Of a stretch of 64,000 nucleotides of DNA, positions 51,865 through 62,800 are shown in pieces; positions within the stretch are counted from its first letter, which is position 1; each line of letters begins with the position of its first letter. This DNA comes from an uncultured virus (IMG/VR IMGVR_UViG_3300000301_000027) (taxonomy: Duplodnaviria; Heunggongvirae; Uroviricota; Caudoviricetes; Crassvirales): IMG/VR virus record IMGVR_UViG_3300000301_000027. One strand, given 5' to 3'. A program made the position numbers and the translations under genes. The notes below the pieces were generated by a model that was not told the DNA's origin, made no database searches, and saw only the letters and a program-made list of their open reading frames with translations.

Positions 51865-51898
51865 CAAAGATACTATGTTTAGATGAGAAATATTCAAA
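51865..51898 (-). promoter_or_regulatory. Bacteroidota-type promoter for the four-gene cassette
   Basis: TATCTTTG at 51872-51865; TTTG at 51898-51895 (22 nt spacer, slightly long). Confidence 0.65.
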
Positions 51899-51934
51899 AT
51901 TTTTAAAAACTATACAATTTACTATAGCTATTCT

Positions 51935-52387
51935 TTATAGCTTTCCATAATATTTTATAAAAGCAAAGCCTTTTCTATGATCTAAATAGTCCTCTATTTC
52001 TTCATTTTCACATGCTTCTATCTCAAAGGCAGATGCTTTATAAGCTTTGTGATTAATTTTTGATATATCAAATTTTTCTTTTTTGATTAATGTTTTAAAT
52101 ATATTATATATTAAAGATATTAAATATTCTACTCCATATATAATATAATACATTAAAAAATAGATAGGTAACCACCACCAACTATAAAATATACATAATA
52201 CAGCAAATGGAATTAAGAAAGCTATAATACACTCTTTATATTGTTCACAGTGAATTAATTCATGCCTTAGAGATGAAGGCATTAAACTTTCTTTCTTTGT
52301 AAAAATGTAGCCAAACAACATAATTGTACTATATCCTTTAAATAAGATTGTTTTAGCTAATTTACTATTATAAAATACTTTACTCAT
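51935..52387 (-). CDS. small membrane protein with HExxH motif (putative metallopeptidase)
   Basis: LRHELIHCEQ, a hydrophobic hairpin, then FEIEA (candidate third ligand). Confidence 0.65.
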   Translation of the reverse strand: MSKVFYNSKLAKTILFKGYSTIMLFGYIFTKKESLMPSSLRHELIHCEQYKECIIAFLIPFAVLCIFYSWWWLPIYFLMYYIIYGVEYLISLIYNIFKTLIKKEKFDISKINHKAYKASAFEIEACENEEIEDYLDHRKGFAFIKYYGKL

Positions 52388-52389
52388 AA

Positions 52390-53304
52390 TTAAGGTTGAG
52401 GAGTTTGATACATTATACCTGCAGCTCTTAAATTAGCCAATAATTGGTTAAATTGAGCTTTAACACCTTCTAGATCAGTATCAGCTTGTAAATCTGTTAG
52501 ATCAGCAGCTTGTTTAACTAATCCTAAAGTATCTGGAGTGGCAGTAGTTGTTGCACTAACAGTATTCTCTAGTTTAACTTTATCTGCTGCAGACATAACT
52601 CCTGCTTTAGTTGTAGTTGCTGCATTAATAGTATGTGTAACATTTGCAGTTGACCAAGTTCCAGTAGAAGCTTTATATAACATAGAACTATTATGAGTGA
52701 CAGTATTGTTTGAATAACTATAATTAGTCAGTTTATGAATTATACCATTAATATTAGTACTAGCATTAGTTACAATATTAGCTAATAGATTATAATGATC
52801 TACACTCAATAATCCATTACTATCAACACTAGCTTCTGGAAAATTAGAATATATAGTAGAATTTTTCCACTCATCTTCAGCAGAAGAGTAAGTAGATGTA
52901 GAATGATTTATTCTTATTGCTCCATTCTTAGAAACAATATTAGATCCTACTAAAAAAATCTTTGCATCAAAAATACTTTTATTAATCTTAATTTCATTCA
53001 ATTCTCTACCCATATTAGCACTAAGAGCTTTATCTGTATCAGTACTAATTAAATCATCTACAATATCTCTCATATCATCAGCAGCCCAAACTACATTACC
53101 ATTTTCATCTAGTTTAAGAACTTGGTTAGATTTTCCATTTGTAGGGGGTAAAGTGTTCATATCTAAAAATTTCATTTTAGATTTACCTTGAACACCTAAT
53201 AAATCTCCATCTTTAGTATTTAAAATTATAGAAGCTCCAAAAGGCAATTCTTTATTTCTTAGAACTGCCTTAGCTTCTTCTTTTGTATTATATATTACCA
53301 TCAC
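52390..53304 (-). CDS. fibre protein with tail repeat and head-fibre-like C-terminus
   Basis: DIVDDLISTDTDKALSANMG, ATTTKAGVMSAADK, GLVKQAA..FNQLLANLRAAGIM. Confidence 0.7.
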   Translation of the reverse strand: MMVIYNTKEEAKAVLRNKELPFGASIILNTKDGDLLGVQGKSKMKFLDMNTLPPTNGKSNQVLKLDENGNVVWAADDMRDIVDDLISTDTDKALSANMGRELNEIKINKSIFDAKIFLVGSNIVSKNGAIRINHSTSTYSSAEDEWKNSTIYSNFPEASVDSNGLLSVDHYNLLANIVTNASTNINGIIHKLTNYSYSNNTVTHNSSMLYKASTGTWSTANVTHTINAATTTKAGVMSAADKVKLENTVSATTTATPDTLGLVKQAADLTDLQADTDLEGVKAQFNQLLANLRAAGIMYQTPQP

Positions 53305-53326
53305 TTAAATTTTATTTTAATTGATC

Positions 53327-56300
53327 CTAACTTCTAGTAAAAGGTCCTATTGCTATATAATGAAAAACTCTACTACTTCCATCTCCATTAATTATTGTAA
53401 ATCCAGAACTTGTATAGTCAGTAAATCCCCAGTTTTCTTGACCACCAGTACTAGTATTATCCCAGGATCCAGTCACTGACCAGACAGTATCAGTAAATGA
53501 AACTGGGAAATTTATTGCTCTTGTTGAATTTCCTTGAACTGTGAAATATCCCCATTGTATCATTATATCTCCAATTCTTTGATATCCATCTGGATTATGA
53601 TATTGTGTATTAGAGCCTAATAAATAATATCTATTTTCAGGAGTTCCATAGAAAGGTCTTCCAGTATATTCCATTGCTAAAAATTTTTTTGATATAGCTG
53701 AATATAAAAACATTCCTACTTCAGAATTATATCCTATTGATCCTCTAGGAGTTGTATTTGTTCCATCAGTATTAGAATCATCAAAGTACATCTCTATAGT
53801 CCTGCTAGTACCTGTAGAAACTCCTGTTCTTTGTAGTCTTAATAAAACTTGGTCACTGTTTCTTATATATCCTCCTGTAGTTGGTACAAATTTATCTAAT
53901 AGACTATCTGAAGTTAGAAATCCTTGTCCATTTACCCATTCTTGTGTAGTATAACCACTATCATTAGTTAATCTACTAATATTATCATTAGCTTTTACAT
54001 AAGAACTGGCTGCTGTTCCTCCTAATTGAGTTGAATTTGTTGCTGTTGCTGCATTACCAGTAATAGAGACTCCTAAAGTAGTAGAACATTGAGTGATTGT
54101 TCCTGCATTCATGTATACTGGAACTGTAGCAGAACCTACTGTTGCAGAACATGCTGTTGGTGTTCCAGAACTTAAATATATAGGTTTAGCTGATCCTCCT
54201 ATTGTAGTAGAGCCTAATTTAGATGCTGCAGAGGCTGTTGATGCATTCCCAGAGATGTTAATATCCCAAGTTCCACTAGCACCTGTTCCTGTTTTAAGTG
54301 GATATTGAGAATTAGACCATGTTTGAGTTGCATATTCAGTAATATCTGTTTCAGTTAATATTTTCTTATAATCTGTTCTTGTACCTACATAAGGTTTTCC
54401 ATCATCTTTAACAAATAAATAAGTATTAGAAGGGAAATTATATATAAAAGCTCCTATATTATCATAATAACCAACTGCCCCTTTTGAAGTAGAACTTCTT
54501 AAAAAATGAATAACACTTTCTGTAGAACTACTTGAATCTAATATTAATAAATTAGAACCACTAGACTTGATACTTAATTTTCCAGTAAGATTTCCACCTG
54601 TTAATGGGAGATAACTACCTAAATCTGTTACAGTTGCTAATTTTCTTAAACTATTAGTATTCGCTCCATAATAAGCACCATCTGATTTTACAGCCAATGT
54701 TTCTCCTGTAACATTCTGAAGAAAAGAACCCAAACTCTCATAGAAACCAACAGTTCCTTTATTAACACCTCCCCTGCTAAAATCAATAGATGATTGACTT
54801 GCATGAGTTGAGTTTATAGTTAATGGATTTGATTTGGAAGAAGATATTGTTCCTCCACTTAGAGGAAGATAATTACCTATATCAGATGTAGTAGCTAATT
54901 TAATCCAATTTCCAAATGATGTCCATTTAGTTCTATAATAAAGTTCAGTTCTAGTAGAACTTGCCCATAATTGAATTCCTTCATCATCTCCTTGAACACT
55001 AAATAATAATCCTTTAGTTGTTGGAGTTTCAGCAACATTCTGTATTTCAGAATAAAATATTTGATTAGCTGGTAAAGTAGAAGGATTACTACTAGATTGT
55101 GTTTGTATTATATTAACATCTTTATTTGTTAATAACCTATTCCACTCTCCATATGTTGTCTCATTATAAGGCATATGCCTATAATAAAGACCATTTTTAC
55201 TAGCTTCTGCACCACCTGAAAACCATAATTGATTTGCCCAATGAGCATTTCTTGAATTTACTTGTAATACAGTTCCATAATTAGTAGGGCCTCCTGCACT
55301 AGATGCATCATAAGCATCTAATACTTGTAGATATCCACCATAATTTCTATTTGGTGCTAAATCATTTGTCCAAATGTTAGCTTTAAAAGCAATTCCATTA
55401 GAGTCTAAGATTATTTGTCCTGTTGCTGTATCTCCAGTTTTCTTAAGAAAATTACTTGTACTACTATTAATCTTTGATACAACCCAATTAGTATCAGCTA
55501 AAAATTTCCAACCAGTAGTACTATTTCCTGAAGAAGGTATATATTGTCTATAAGCTATTCCTGTGCCATCAATATCTGCAGCCAATTGAAAAGCATTATC
55601 ATTTACCCAGAAATAAGTTAAGAACATTCCATCATTAACATTCTTACCTGTATTAGAATCAGTTCCTGGAGAACCTGCTGCATCTACTGTAAATGATGAT
55701 ATATATAAAACATCATTGCCAGTTTTTGCTAAGTTTAGATTTGTCTGTCTAAAATTGCTAGTAAATCCAGCAGCTGATTTAATAACTCCTTTAGAATATA
55801 TCCCATTAGTAGGTATATTAGGAGCACTATTAGCATAACCATCTGAAACACATAAACTTCCTACATAAACAGGACAAGCTGCATTTTGAGAAGTATAAAA
55901 TCCAATACCTATATGATCAGAATCTCCACTTTGATTATCTATAAATGACCCAGCATCTCCAAAAGTTACTTTATTTGTATGTAAGTTGTTTATATATGCA
56001 GCATTAAAACTCTGATCTGAAGTCCCAAGTAAACCTGATCCTCCACTAGCTAATGTAACTTGAGAATGAGGCAATAACCCATTAGTTCCTGCTTTAATAT
56101 AAGTAAAATACTGTCCATCTTTATTTGTTAATGTTGCATGATTATATGTATTTGTAGTATATGTTACTGGATTAGTTAGGTTATATTTGTCCCAGATTTC
56201 ATAATAAGTTCCATTATGTCCAATAGCCCACTTATCTCCTGCATATCCAAATACCCCTAGCTGAGAGGCTTGTGCATTTATAGCTTGTATAATACAATGA

Positions 56301-59032
56301 TTATCAGCATCAGTAGACTGTAATCTCAATTTAATATCTATACTTTGTTTTATTGTCACTTGTCCAGTTAAAGTACCTCCAGCTAATGGTAAGTAATTAG
56401 CTAAATCAGTAGATGTTGCTGGATTAGGTAAGTTATATTCAGAATATATAGTATAATTTTTCCATGTAGATGATGCTGTATCATATTTACTATGATATAA
56501 ATTCTTAGCTAGTAATTCTAGTGATACAGAAGAATCACTATTTCCAAATTTTACCTTTTTTTCTGATTTATTGTGATAAAATAATGTACTGCTTCCAGTA
56601 AATATTCTAAATGAACTTTCTGGAACTACCATTGTACTAGATACAGAGAATTGATTACTATAAAATTTATATTGTGCTGTATCATGCCTAACATCTCCTA
56701 TACCTATATAAGCATATCCAATACTAGTATCATTAATTGAATTAAATCCTCCAAATACAAAACCTGAAGTAGGATCACTATTAGCCCTAAATGTAATACT
56801 TCTGCTCCATGCACTTTCTGCTTGAGAACTTATATCTAAAAACAAACTCCCACTACTTGTAACTTTAAAAGGACCTACATTAAATTTACCTGCTTGGAAT
56901 GTGTTATTGCCAGTAAATGTATTATTACCAGATAATGTTACAGGATCTGGGAGATTATAAGCATCATATATTGAATAAGAACTGCCATTAATATAATGTA
57001 TAATATTACTATTATCAGTTCTTAAAAATATTTTTCTCTTATTATTTCCAAATTCAATGGCATTATTTGAGGGCCAATAAGATAATACACTATCAACACT
57101 ACCACTAATAATCATCTTAAGAGGATCTGTTGATGGGAGGTTAATACTTCCAGTCATTGTGCCACCAGAAAGTGGTAAATAAGATCCTTGTATACTAGTA
57201 ATAGAATTTTGTAATAATTTACCTTGTTCTGCAGATAATACTTTATTTGTTCCACCAGATGTTAAATTATTAACTATATCTGCATGATATAATACTTCTG
57301 ATTTATCAGAGCCTCTTTTAAATGTAAGTGCATATTCTGTTCCTGTAGTATATAAATCTCCAATAAAGTTAAATTTACTTCTAATAGATCTGAAATTAGT
57401 GTAATTATCTCCTGTAAAGATTGCCAAATATTGATTATTAGTACTTATTTTTAATGATCCATCATCAGATGGAGAGTAATTTAAACTAACAGTTTTATTA
57501 TCTCCAAAATAAAGAAAAGATGAGGATGGAACAATGTTAGTAGTTTTAAGTCTCTTAGTAGTAGAATCCCATGTAGTGAACATTCCATTAACCATACTAT
57601 CATCTCCATCTCTTAAAGCTAAGCATTGAATATCTCCAATCTCTCCAGCTTTAAATCTATTATCAGATTCATCAAAGATAATTTGATAGTTAGGTTCTGT
57701 TCCTCTATCTATTTCTAATCCTGCAATTCCTTTAGTAACTCCAGCTCCTACTTCACCTTTGTTTAATAAAAGTAAATTATCTTTTATTTCTACAGTTTCT
57801 GCTTCTGTAACAAAAGATTGTCCTTCTACTAAAAGATCTCCTTTAAATGTAGCATTCTTAGCAATAAAATTAACATAGTCAGTATCAGCTGCATTTCTAA
57901 CAGAAATAGCATCACTTTCATGTTTAATCTTATTACCAGTATTATATTTTAATTGAAATGTAGAATTAGTTGTTCCTAAATCAGTATTCTGTTCATGAGT
58001 ATCTCCTTCTAATGCAGTAAGTCTATTATCATGTTCAGTATCTTTATTTGTAGATCTAGCAATTTCATTATCTAATTTTGTTTCAATTCTAGATTCTTCT
58101 GATTCAGCTCTATCAGTTTCAGTTTCAATCTTAGTATTTAAATTAGATTCAGCATCAGTTGCTCTTGTTGTTTCAGCATCTATTTTTTTATCTAATCTAT
58201 CATCTTCAGTGGTAGATCTATTAATCTCAGAATCTAACTTAGAATCTATTCTTTGATCTTCTTTGGTAGACCTGTCTATCTCTTTATCTAGTTTAGTTTC
58301 TATTCTATTTTCAGCATTAATAGCTCTATCAGTTTCAGTTCTGATAGACTGCATAGCTGATTCAAAATAATTAGTAAGAGTATCACTTAATACTTTTCCT
58401 TGTTTAGCAGACAATACTTTAGTAGGATCATCAGTAGTTAAATTGTCCACTATATCTTGTTTATTAACAAAATTCTCTGGAATATCTACAATAAAGTCTT
58501 TATACTGATTTAAAAATTTAAGAGCTTGTTCTAATGTATTTAGAACTGTGCTTCCATCATCTCCATATATTTTAGCTCTAAGCTCTTCAATTTTTGTTTG
58601 AATTCTTTTTAAAGTATTGTATTCATCAGATGCTCCTCCAATAAGATTAATAACTGCTGTATTAATTTGATCTAAAGTCCATTGAACTCTAGCTATTGTA
58701 TCAGGAATATCTGCATCTACTATTTCAGATCTGATTTCTTCACTTGTTTTATGAATTGCTTTATTACTTACATGTTCTTGTAACTCTTTATCAATTCTTT
58801 CAATCTCTTCTTCATTATCATCAATAGTAGGGTTTATTAAACTGGTTTGAAAAGTATATTTTCTTAACTCATTATTTTTATCTAAAGCAAAGAATGTTAG
58901 ACCATAATATCTTTTCTGTACAGGTACTCTTTTAAGATATTGTTCTAATGTCTCCAAATTACTTTTAGAAACAATCCTATCATCAATAGGATCATTTCCT
59001 TGCATGTTAAAACCAGTTAATATATTACTCAT
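53327..59032 (-). CDS. long tail fibre / receptor-binding protein
   Basis: 1901 aa; coiled-coil repeats, repeated YLPLxGG, KVLSAxQGK repeats, C-terminal GYQRIGDIMIQWG..FPVSF domain. Confidence 0.85.
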   Translation of the reverse strand: MSNILTGFNMQGNDPIDDRIVSKSNLETLEQYLKRVPVQKRYYGLTFFALDKNNELRKYTFQTSLINPTIDDNEEEIERIDKELQEHVSNKAIHKTSEEIRSEIVDADIPDTIARVQWTLDQINTAVINLIGGASDEYNTLKRIQTKIEELRAKIYGDDGSTVLNTLEQALKFLNQYKDFIVDIPENFVNKQDIVDNLTTDDPTKVLSAKQGKVLSDTLTNYFESAMQSIRTETDRAINAENRIETKLDKEIDRSTKEDQRIDSKLDSEINRSTTEDDRLDKKIDAETTRATDAESNLNTKIETETDRAESEESRIETKLDNEIARSTNKDTEHDNRLTALEGDTHEQNTDLGTTNSTFQLKYNTGNKIKHESDAISVRNAADTDYVNFIAKNATFKGDLLVEGQSFVTEAETVEIKDNLLLLNKGEVGAGVTKGIAGLEIDRGTEPNYQIIFDESDNRFKAGEIGDIQCLALRDGDDSMVNGMFTTWDSTTKRLKTTNIVPSSSFLYFGDNKTVSLNYSPSDDGSLKISTNNQYLAIFTGDNYTNFRSIRSKFNFIGDLYTTGTEYALTFKRGSDKSEVLYHADIVNNLTSGGTNKVLSAEQGKLLQNSITSIQGSYLPLSGGTMTGSINLPSTDPLKMIISGSVDSVLSYWPSNNAIEFGNNKRKIFLRTDNSNIIHYINGSSYSIYDAYNLPDPVTLSGNNTFTGNNTFQAGKFNVGPFKVTSSGSLFLDISSQAESAWSRSITFRANSDPTSGFVFGGFNSINDTSIGYAYIGIGDVRHDTAQYKFYSNQFSVSSTMVVPESSFRIFTGSSTLFYHNKSEKKVKFGNSDSSVSLELLAKNLYHSKYDTASSTWKNYTIYSEYNLPNPATSTDLANYLPLAGGTLTGQVTIKQSIDIKLRLQSTDADNHCIIQAINAQASQLGVFGYAGDKWAIGHNGTYYEIWDKYNLTNPVTYTTNTYNHATLTNKDGQYFTYIKAGTNGLLPHSQVTLASGGSGLLGTSDQSFNAAYINNLHTNKVTFGDAGSFIDNQSGDSDHIGIGFYTSQNAACPVYVGSLCVSDGYANSAPNIPTNGIYSKGVIKSAAGFTSNFRQTNLNLAKTGNDVLYISSFTVDAAGSPGTDSNTGKNVNDGMFLTYFWVNDNAFQLAADIDGTGIAYRQYIPSSGNSTTGWKFLADTNWVVSKINSSTSNFLKKTGDTATGQIILDSNGIAFKANIWTNDLAPNRNYGGYLQVLDAYDASSAGGPTNYGTVLQVNSRNAHWANQLWFSGGAEASKNGLYYRHMPYNETTYGEWNRLLTNKDVNIIQTQSSSNPSTLPANQIFYSEIQNVAETPTTKGLLFSVQGDDEGIQLWASSTRTELYYRTKWTSFGNWIKLATTSDIGNYLPLSGGTISSSKSNPLTINSTHASQSSIDFSRGGVNKGTVGFYESLGSFLQNVTGETLAVKSDGAYYGANTNSLRKLATVTDLGSYLPLTGGNLTGKLSIKSSGSNLLILDSSSSTESVIHFLRSSTSKGAVGYYDNIGAFIYNFPSNTYLFVKDDGKPYVGTRTDYKKILTETDITEYATQTWSNSQYPLKTGTGASGTWDINISGNASTASAASKLGSTTIGGSAKPIYLSSGTPTACSATVGSATVPVYMNAGTITQCSTTLGVSITGNAATATNSTQLGGTAASSYVKANDNISRLTNDSGYTTQEWVNGQGFLTSDSLLDKFVPTTGGYIRNSDQVLLRLQRTGVSTGTSRTIEMYFDDSNTDGTNTTPRGSIGYNSEVGMFLYSAISKKFLAMEYTGRPFYGTPENRYYLLGSNTQYHNPDGYQRIGDIMIQWGYFTVQGNSTRAINFPVSFTDTVWSVTGSWDNTSTGGQENWGFTDYTSSGFTIINGDGSSRVFHYIAIGPFTRS
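58013..58336 (-). repeat. six degenerate 54-bp (18 aa) tandem repeats in the fibre stalk
   Basis: ETDRAINAENRIETKLDK / EIDRSTKEDQRIDSKLDS / EINRSTTEDDRLDKKIDA / ETTRATDAESNLNTKIET / ETDRAESEESRIETKLDN / EIARSTNKDTEHDNRLTA. Confidence 0.85.
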
Positions 59033-59036
59033 TTTT

Positions 59037-59531
59037 CTAACTTATTACTATGTTAAAATGATTTGGAGAATCCAAATATTTAATTTCTGATGTTCTATAA
59101 ACATCTAATTGTGTAGTTTTATCAGGTGTTAATTCTGATCTAATCTTTGTAAATTCATTTTTAACATTTACACCATTATTAGTAATAGAGAATGTAAATG
59201 TACTTGGAACTACAATATAGAGATATCCATATAAAGGATTAGCTACAGTACCATTAATATCTTCTTCAAATGTACTAGGTAATGATTTAACTAACAGTGC
59301 ATTCAATACATGAATATCTGAAATATTTTGAGATGCTGAAATACCAAAATAACAATTTTTATTATTAATAATTTCTTCAGTAGCAATCTCTAAAGTATCA
59401 ATCATTTGAGATAATACATCAATAAGATATTTATAGTCCTCTGAAGTAATTCTCCTAGGACATGTTTGAAATCTCATTCTTAATTCTGCAATAGTTGCAG
59501 GATCAAAAATATCTATATTGATTTTATTCAT
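59037..59531 (-). CDS. hypothetical structural protein
   Basis: 164 aa; CYFG..GYLYIVVP beta-rich C-terminal half; lies in the fibre block. Confidence 0.6.
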   Translation of the reverse strand: MNKINIDIFDPATIAELRMRFQTCPRRITSEDYKYLIDVLSQMIDTLEIATEEIINNKNCYFGISASQNISDIHVLNALLVKSLPSTFEEDINGTVANPLYGYLYIVVPSTFTFSITNNGVNVKNEFTKIRSELTPDKTTQLDVYRTSEIKYLDSPNHFNIVIS

Positions 59532-59533
59532 TA

Positions 59534-59839
59534 TTATGCTTCTTTAATTTTAATACATAAATCAAATAGATAATCTGTGATTGCATTATTTTTATCCAAT
59601 TCATCAACAGAATCTTTAAGTAGTTTTAATTCTTCACTATTAAAATCAACATCTTTAAGCTTCTCTTCATTTTTCCAAGTAATACCCTTTTCTGTTTGTT
59701 TAATTTCAAAAGTTTCAATTTCTTCAGAACTAAAATCTACTTTCTTAATAATATTTCTCTTATTAGTCATAGTTAAGAGAGCCCCCTTTTCAGGGAGCAA
59801 CTCTAACATCATTAATCTTTCTTTTATATTTAATTTCAT
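59534..59839 (-). CDS. hypothetical protein (possible fibre chaperone)
   Basis: 101 aa acidic ORF between the fibre genes. Confidence 0.6.
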   Translation of the reverse strand: MKLNIKERLMMLELLPEKGALLTMTNKRNIIKKVDFSSEEIETFEIKQTEKGITWKNEEKLKDVDFNSEELKLLKDSVDELDKNNAITDYLFDLCIKIKEA

Positions 59840-59851
59840 AGTATTTATATT

Positions 59852-62800
59852 TTAATCTTTATGCCAATTAACATTACCACTTCTTCCTAAGAAAAACCAT
59901 TTTCCATTTGTTTTAATTACAGAAACATTAGCTCCTCCATCAGTCATTTCCAAATGATTAGTTGTAATATCATATAAACTTCCAGCATTATATTGACAGA
60001 TATTGTATATAATAAGATTATTATTACTATTATCACAATCTACAAAAGTAATAATTTGCCCTTCTGTTCCAGAACTATTATTTAAAGTGATTGATTGTGT
60101 AGAACCTCCTGTCCATAAAAAAATAGATTGGTAATTAAATGCTGAAGCTTGACCTGAAGCAACACTAGAATATCCAAAAGTATTTCCTAAATTAAGATGA
60201 TTTCTAATATATAAGTCATTTCCATTAATTCTAACTTGATGTTTAGTAGAACCACCAGATTTAAAGTTTCCAGCAAAAAATAATTCACTATTTAATGAAG
60301 TTGTTCCATTATCTTTTCTTACATTAATACCAAAAGAATCTGCTGATACTAAAGAAGGATCCAAATACTGTCCTATAGAGACATATCCAACAAATGGTGA
60401 TTTAGACAATACTCTAATACCATTATTATCTAATGTTAAGCTTCCAAAAGTTGTTCCATTAGCAACAGTAAGAGTTCCACTAAAAGAACCATTAACAGCA
60501 TTTATTTCTCCACTAAAGACACCATTTTTAGCAGTAAGATTACCATTAGGATCTACATAAAAATTGCCATCTTGTTGTCCAAATGAACCATCAGAATTAA
60601 TTAGAAGGTTACCAATTTTACCTCCTGTTGCAATGATTGATCCAGTGGCTTTTATATTTCCACTAAAATAGCCATTATCAGCCCATATATCTCCATGGAA
60701 ATATCCCCCATAACATAACATTTGACCATCTTCTCTAATTACAAATGTGGCTCCTTGGGGACTTTGAGACCTAGGATCATATTCCCAAAACTGTTGTCTT
60801 TTTTCTGGAGTTTTATCTCCATCTAAAAATTCTTGATATAAATTAGACCATTCTTGAGAAGATTCATAATTACCTCCAGAATAGAATCTTACTGTTTGAG
60901 GTTCATATTCTCCAGGTAAATTTTTACCTCCATATATACCTGCTTTTTCATCAGTTAATTCATATTCAAAATCATTTTTCTTTTTAGCATGACCTAATCT
61001 AATCCAAGTGGTTAAGAATAATCCTCCATCTGTAACAGATACTCCTCCTAATGCATCTTCTAGATACCAATTTTCTTCATTAATCTTTCTCCAAGTAATA
61101 ACCTTCAAAAAATTAATTCCTGAATCTTCACAATAAATTCTTATCTTACATGAAAGATATGTTTTATTAGTATTAAAAACTGTTGGGTATATTTGTCCTT
61201 TTTCTGAAATTCCAACTTCAAGACCTTCATCAGGTTCAGCTATTATAGAGTAATAATTATTTCCAGGAGTAGTACCTCCTTGTAGTCTATAAATAAGTTC
61301 TTTAGAACCTTTTAAAACTGTATATGTAGTTGATACTGATAATGCTAATTTATTAGGATCTAAGTAATCTGGATTTATGGTATCTTTAGTTCCAGGATCT
61401 ACTAGTATATCATGAGATTCTTTATCTGCTATTACAGTATAAGAATCTTCTCCTTTATCTCCTGTTAATTTAATAGGTGTTGACCACTGTTCTCCATCTT
61501 TTACTTCTCCAGTAATAGGATTTTTTAATATTTTAGTCATCCATACATATAAGTTACCAGATGGTTGGGGTGGATTATCATACCAATTAGTACCAGGACT
61601 TTTTCCATTAGGATATTGTATAGGAGGAATATTTTCACTTAAAGCATATTTAAAATCTATATACCATCCATCAACTCCAACAATTTTTACAGGATCACCC
61701 CATTCACCTGAAGAAGCACTAGGTGCTACTTTTTGAGACATCCATATAACATTATCTGTAGTATCAGTATGCCATCCATTAGTAGTTCCATTACCAGTAG
61801 GCTTATTGGGCTTTAATTCAGAATCATGATAAGTTATATACACATTCCATCCATTTTCCCCATTAGCACCATCAGTTCCATCTGAACCATCAGTAACCAT
61901 TAAAGTCCATGCTGTACCATTATAAATATAAACTTTACCATTATCTATATCTCTATATACCCAATTAATTTCAGGATTAGAAGGTGGATTTTTAAATTCT
62001 CCTTTCCATATAATACTTAATCCATCAGTACCATTTTTCCCATTAATACCATCAATAGTCATCTGATACCAAGAACCACTTTGATATACATAACTTTTAC
62101 CATCAGTGGTGTTTCTATATGCCCAACCATTTTGAGGATCATTTGGATGAGAATCAAATTCTCCCTTCCATACTATAGAAGTACCATCTGTACCATCTAC
62201 ACCATCAGCTCCATTAATACCATTAATACCATCAGTTATTTTAACAATAGTATGAGTATCATAATAATCTCCTACATCTACTCTATAAGTAACATAAGTA
62301 TTACCATTGCTCCATCCCATCTTAGGGTCATTAGGATTAATAGTTAAAGAATTAGTAGTATTTTCTATTACTGTCCAATTGGTGTTTTCAGTTTTATATC
62401 TCCATATATATTGAGGATCAAGAATATTTTGTGTTAAAGCTATTATATTAATAACATTAGGAATAGGATCTCCTTTAAAGTCATCTTTATATTTAAATAA
62501 TTGATCTCCTTGTATTGTAACACTTTTTGCAGGTGTTCCAATAGCTGTTTGTTTTAATAATTCAGAAATAGAAGGTTCTCTATTATTGCATAGATCTAAT
62601 CTCTGACCCCAAAAATGTACTTCAGTACCTATTCCTAAAGCACTGCCTTGATAAGCTCTAAACATTTGAACTTCATCAGTGTTTTTAAATTTAAAAGTTC
62701 TAAATTTAATTGTATCAGAAGCTTTTCTGCCTGTTTTAGGATCATATATACCAGCATCAAATTTTTCTCCTGTATTGTCCTCTGAACTATTAATATAACC

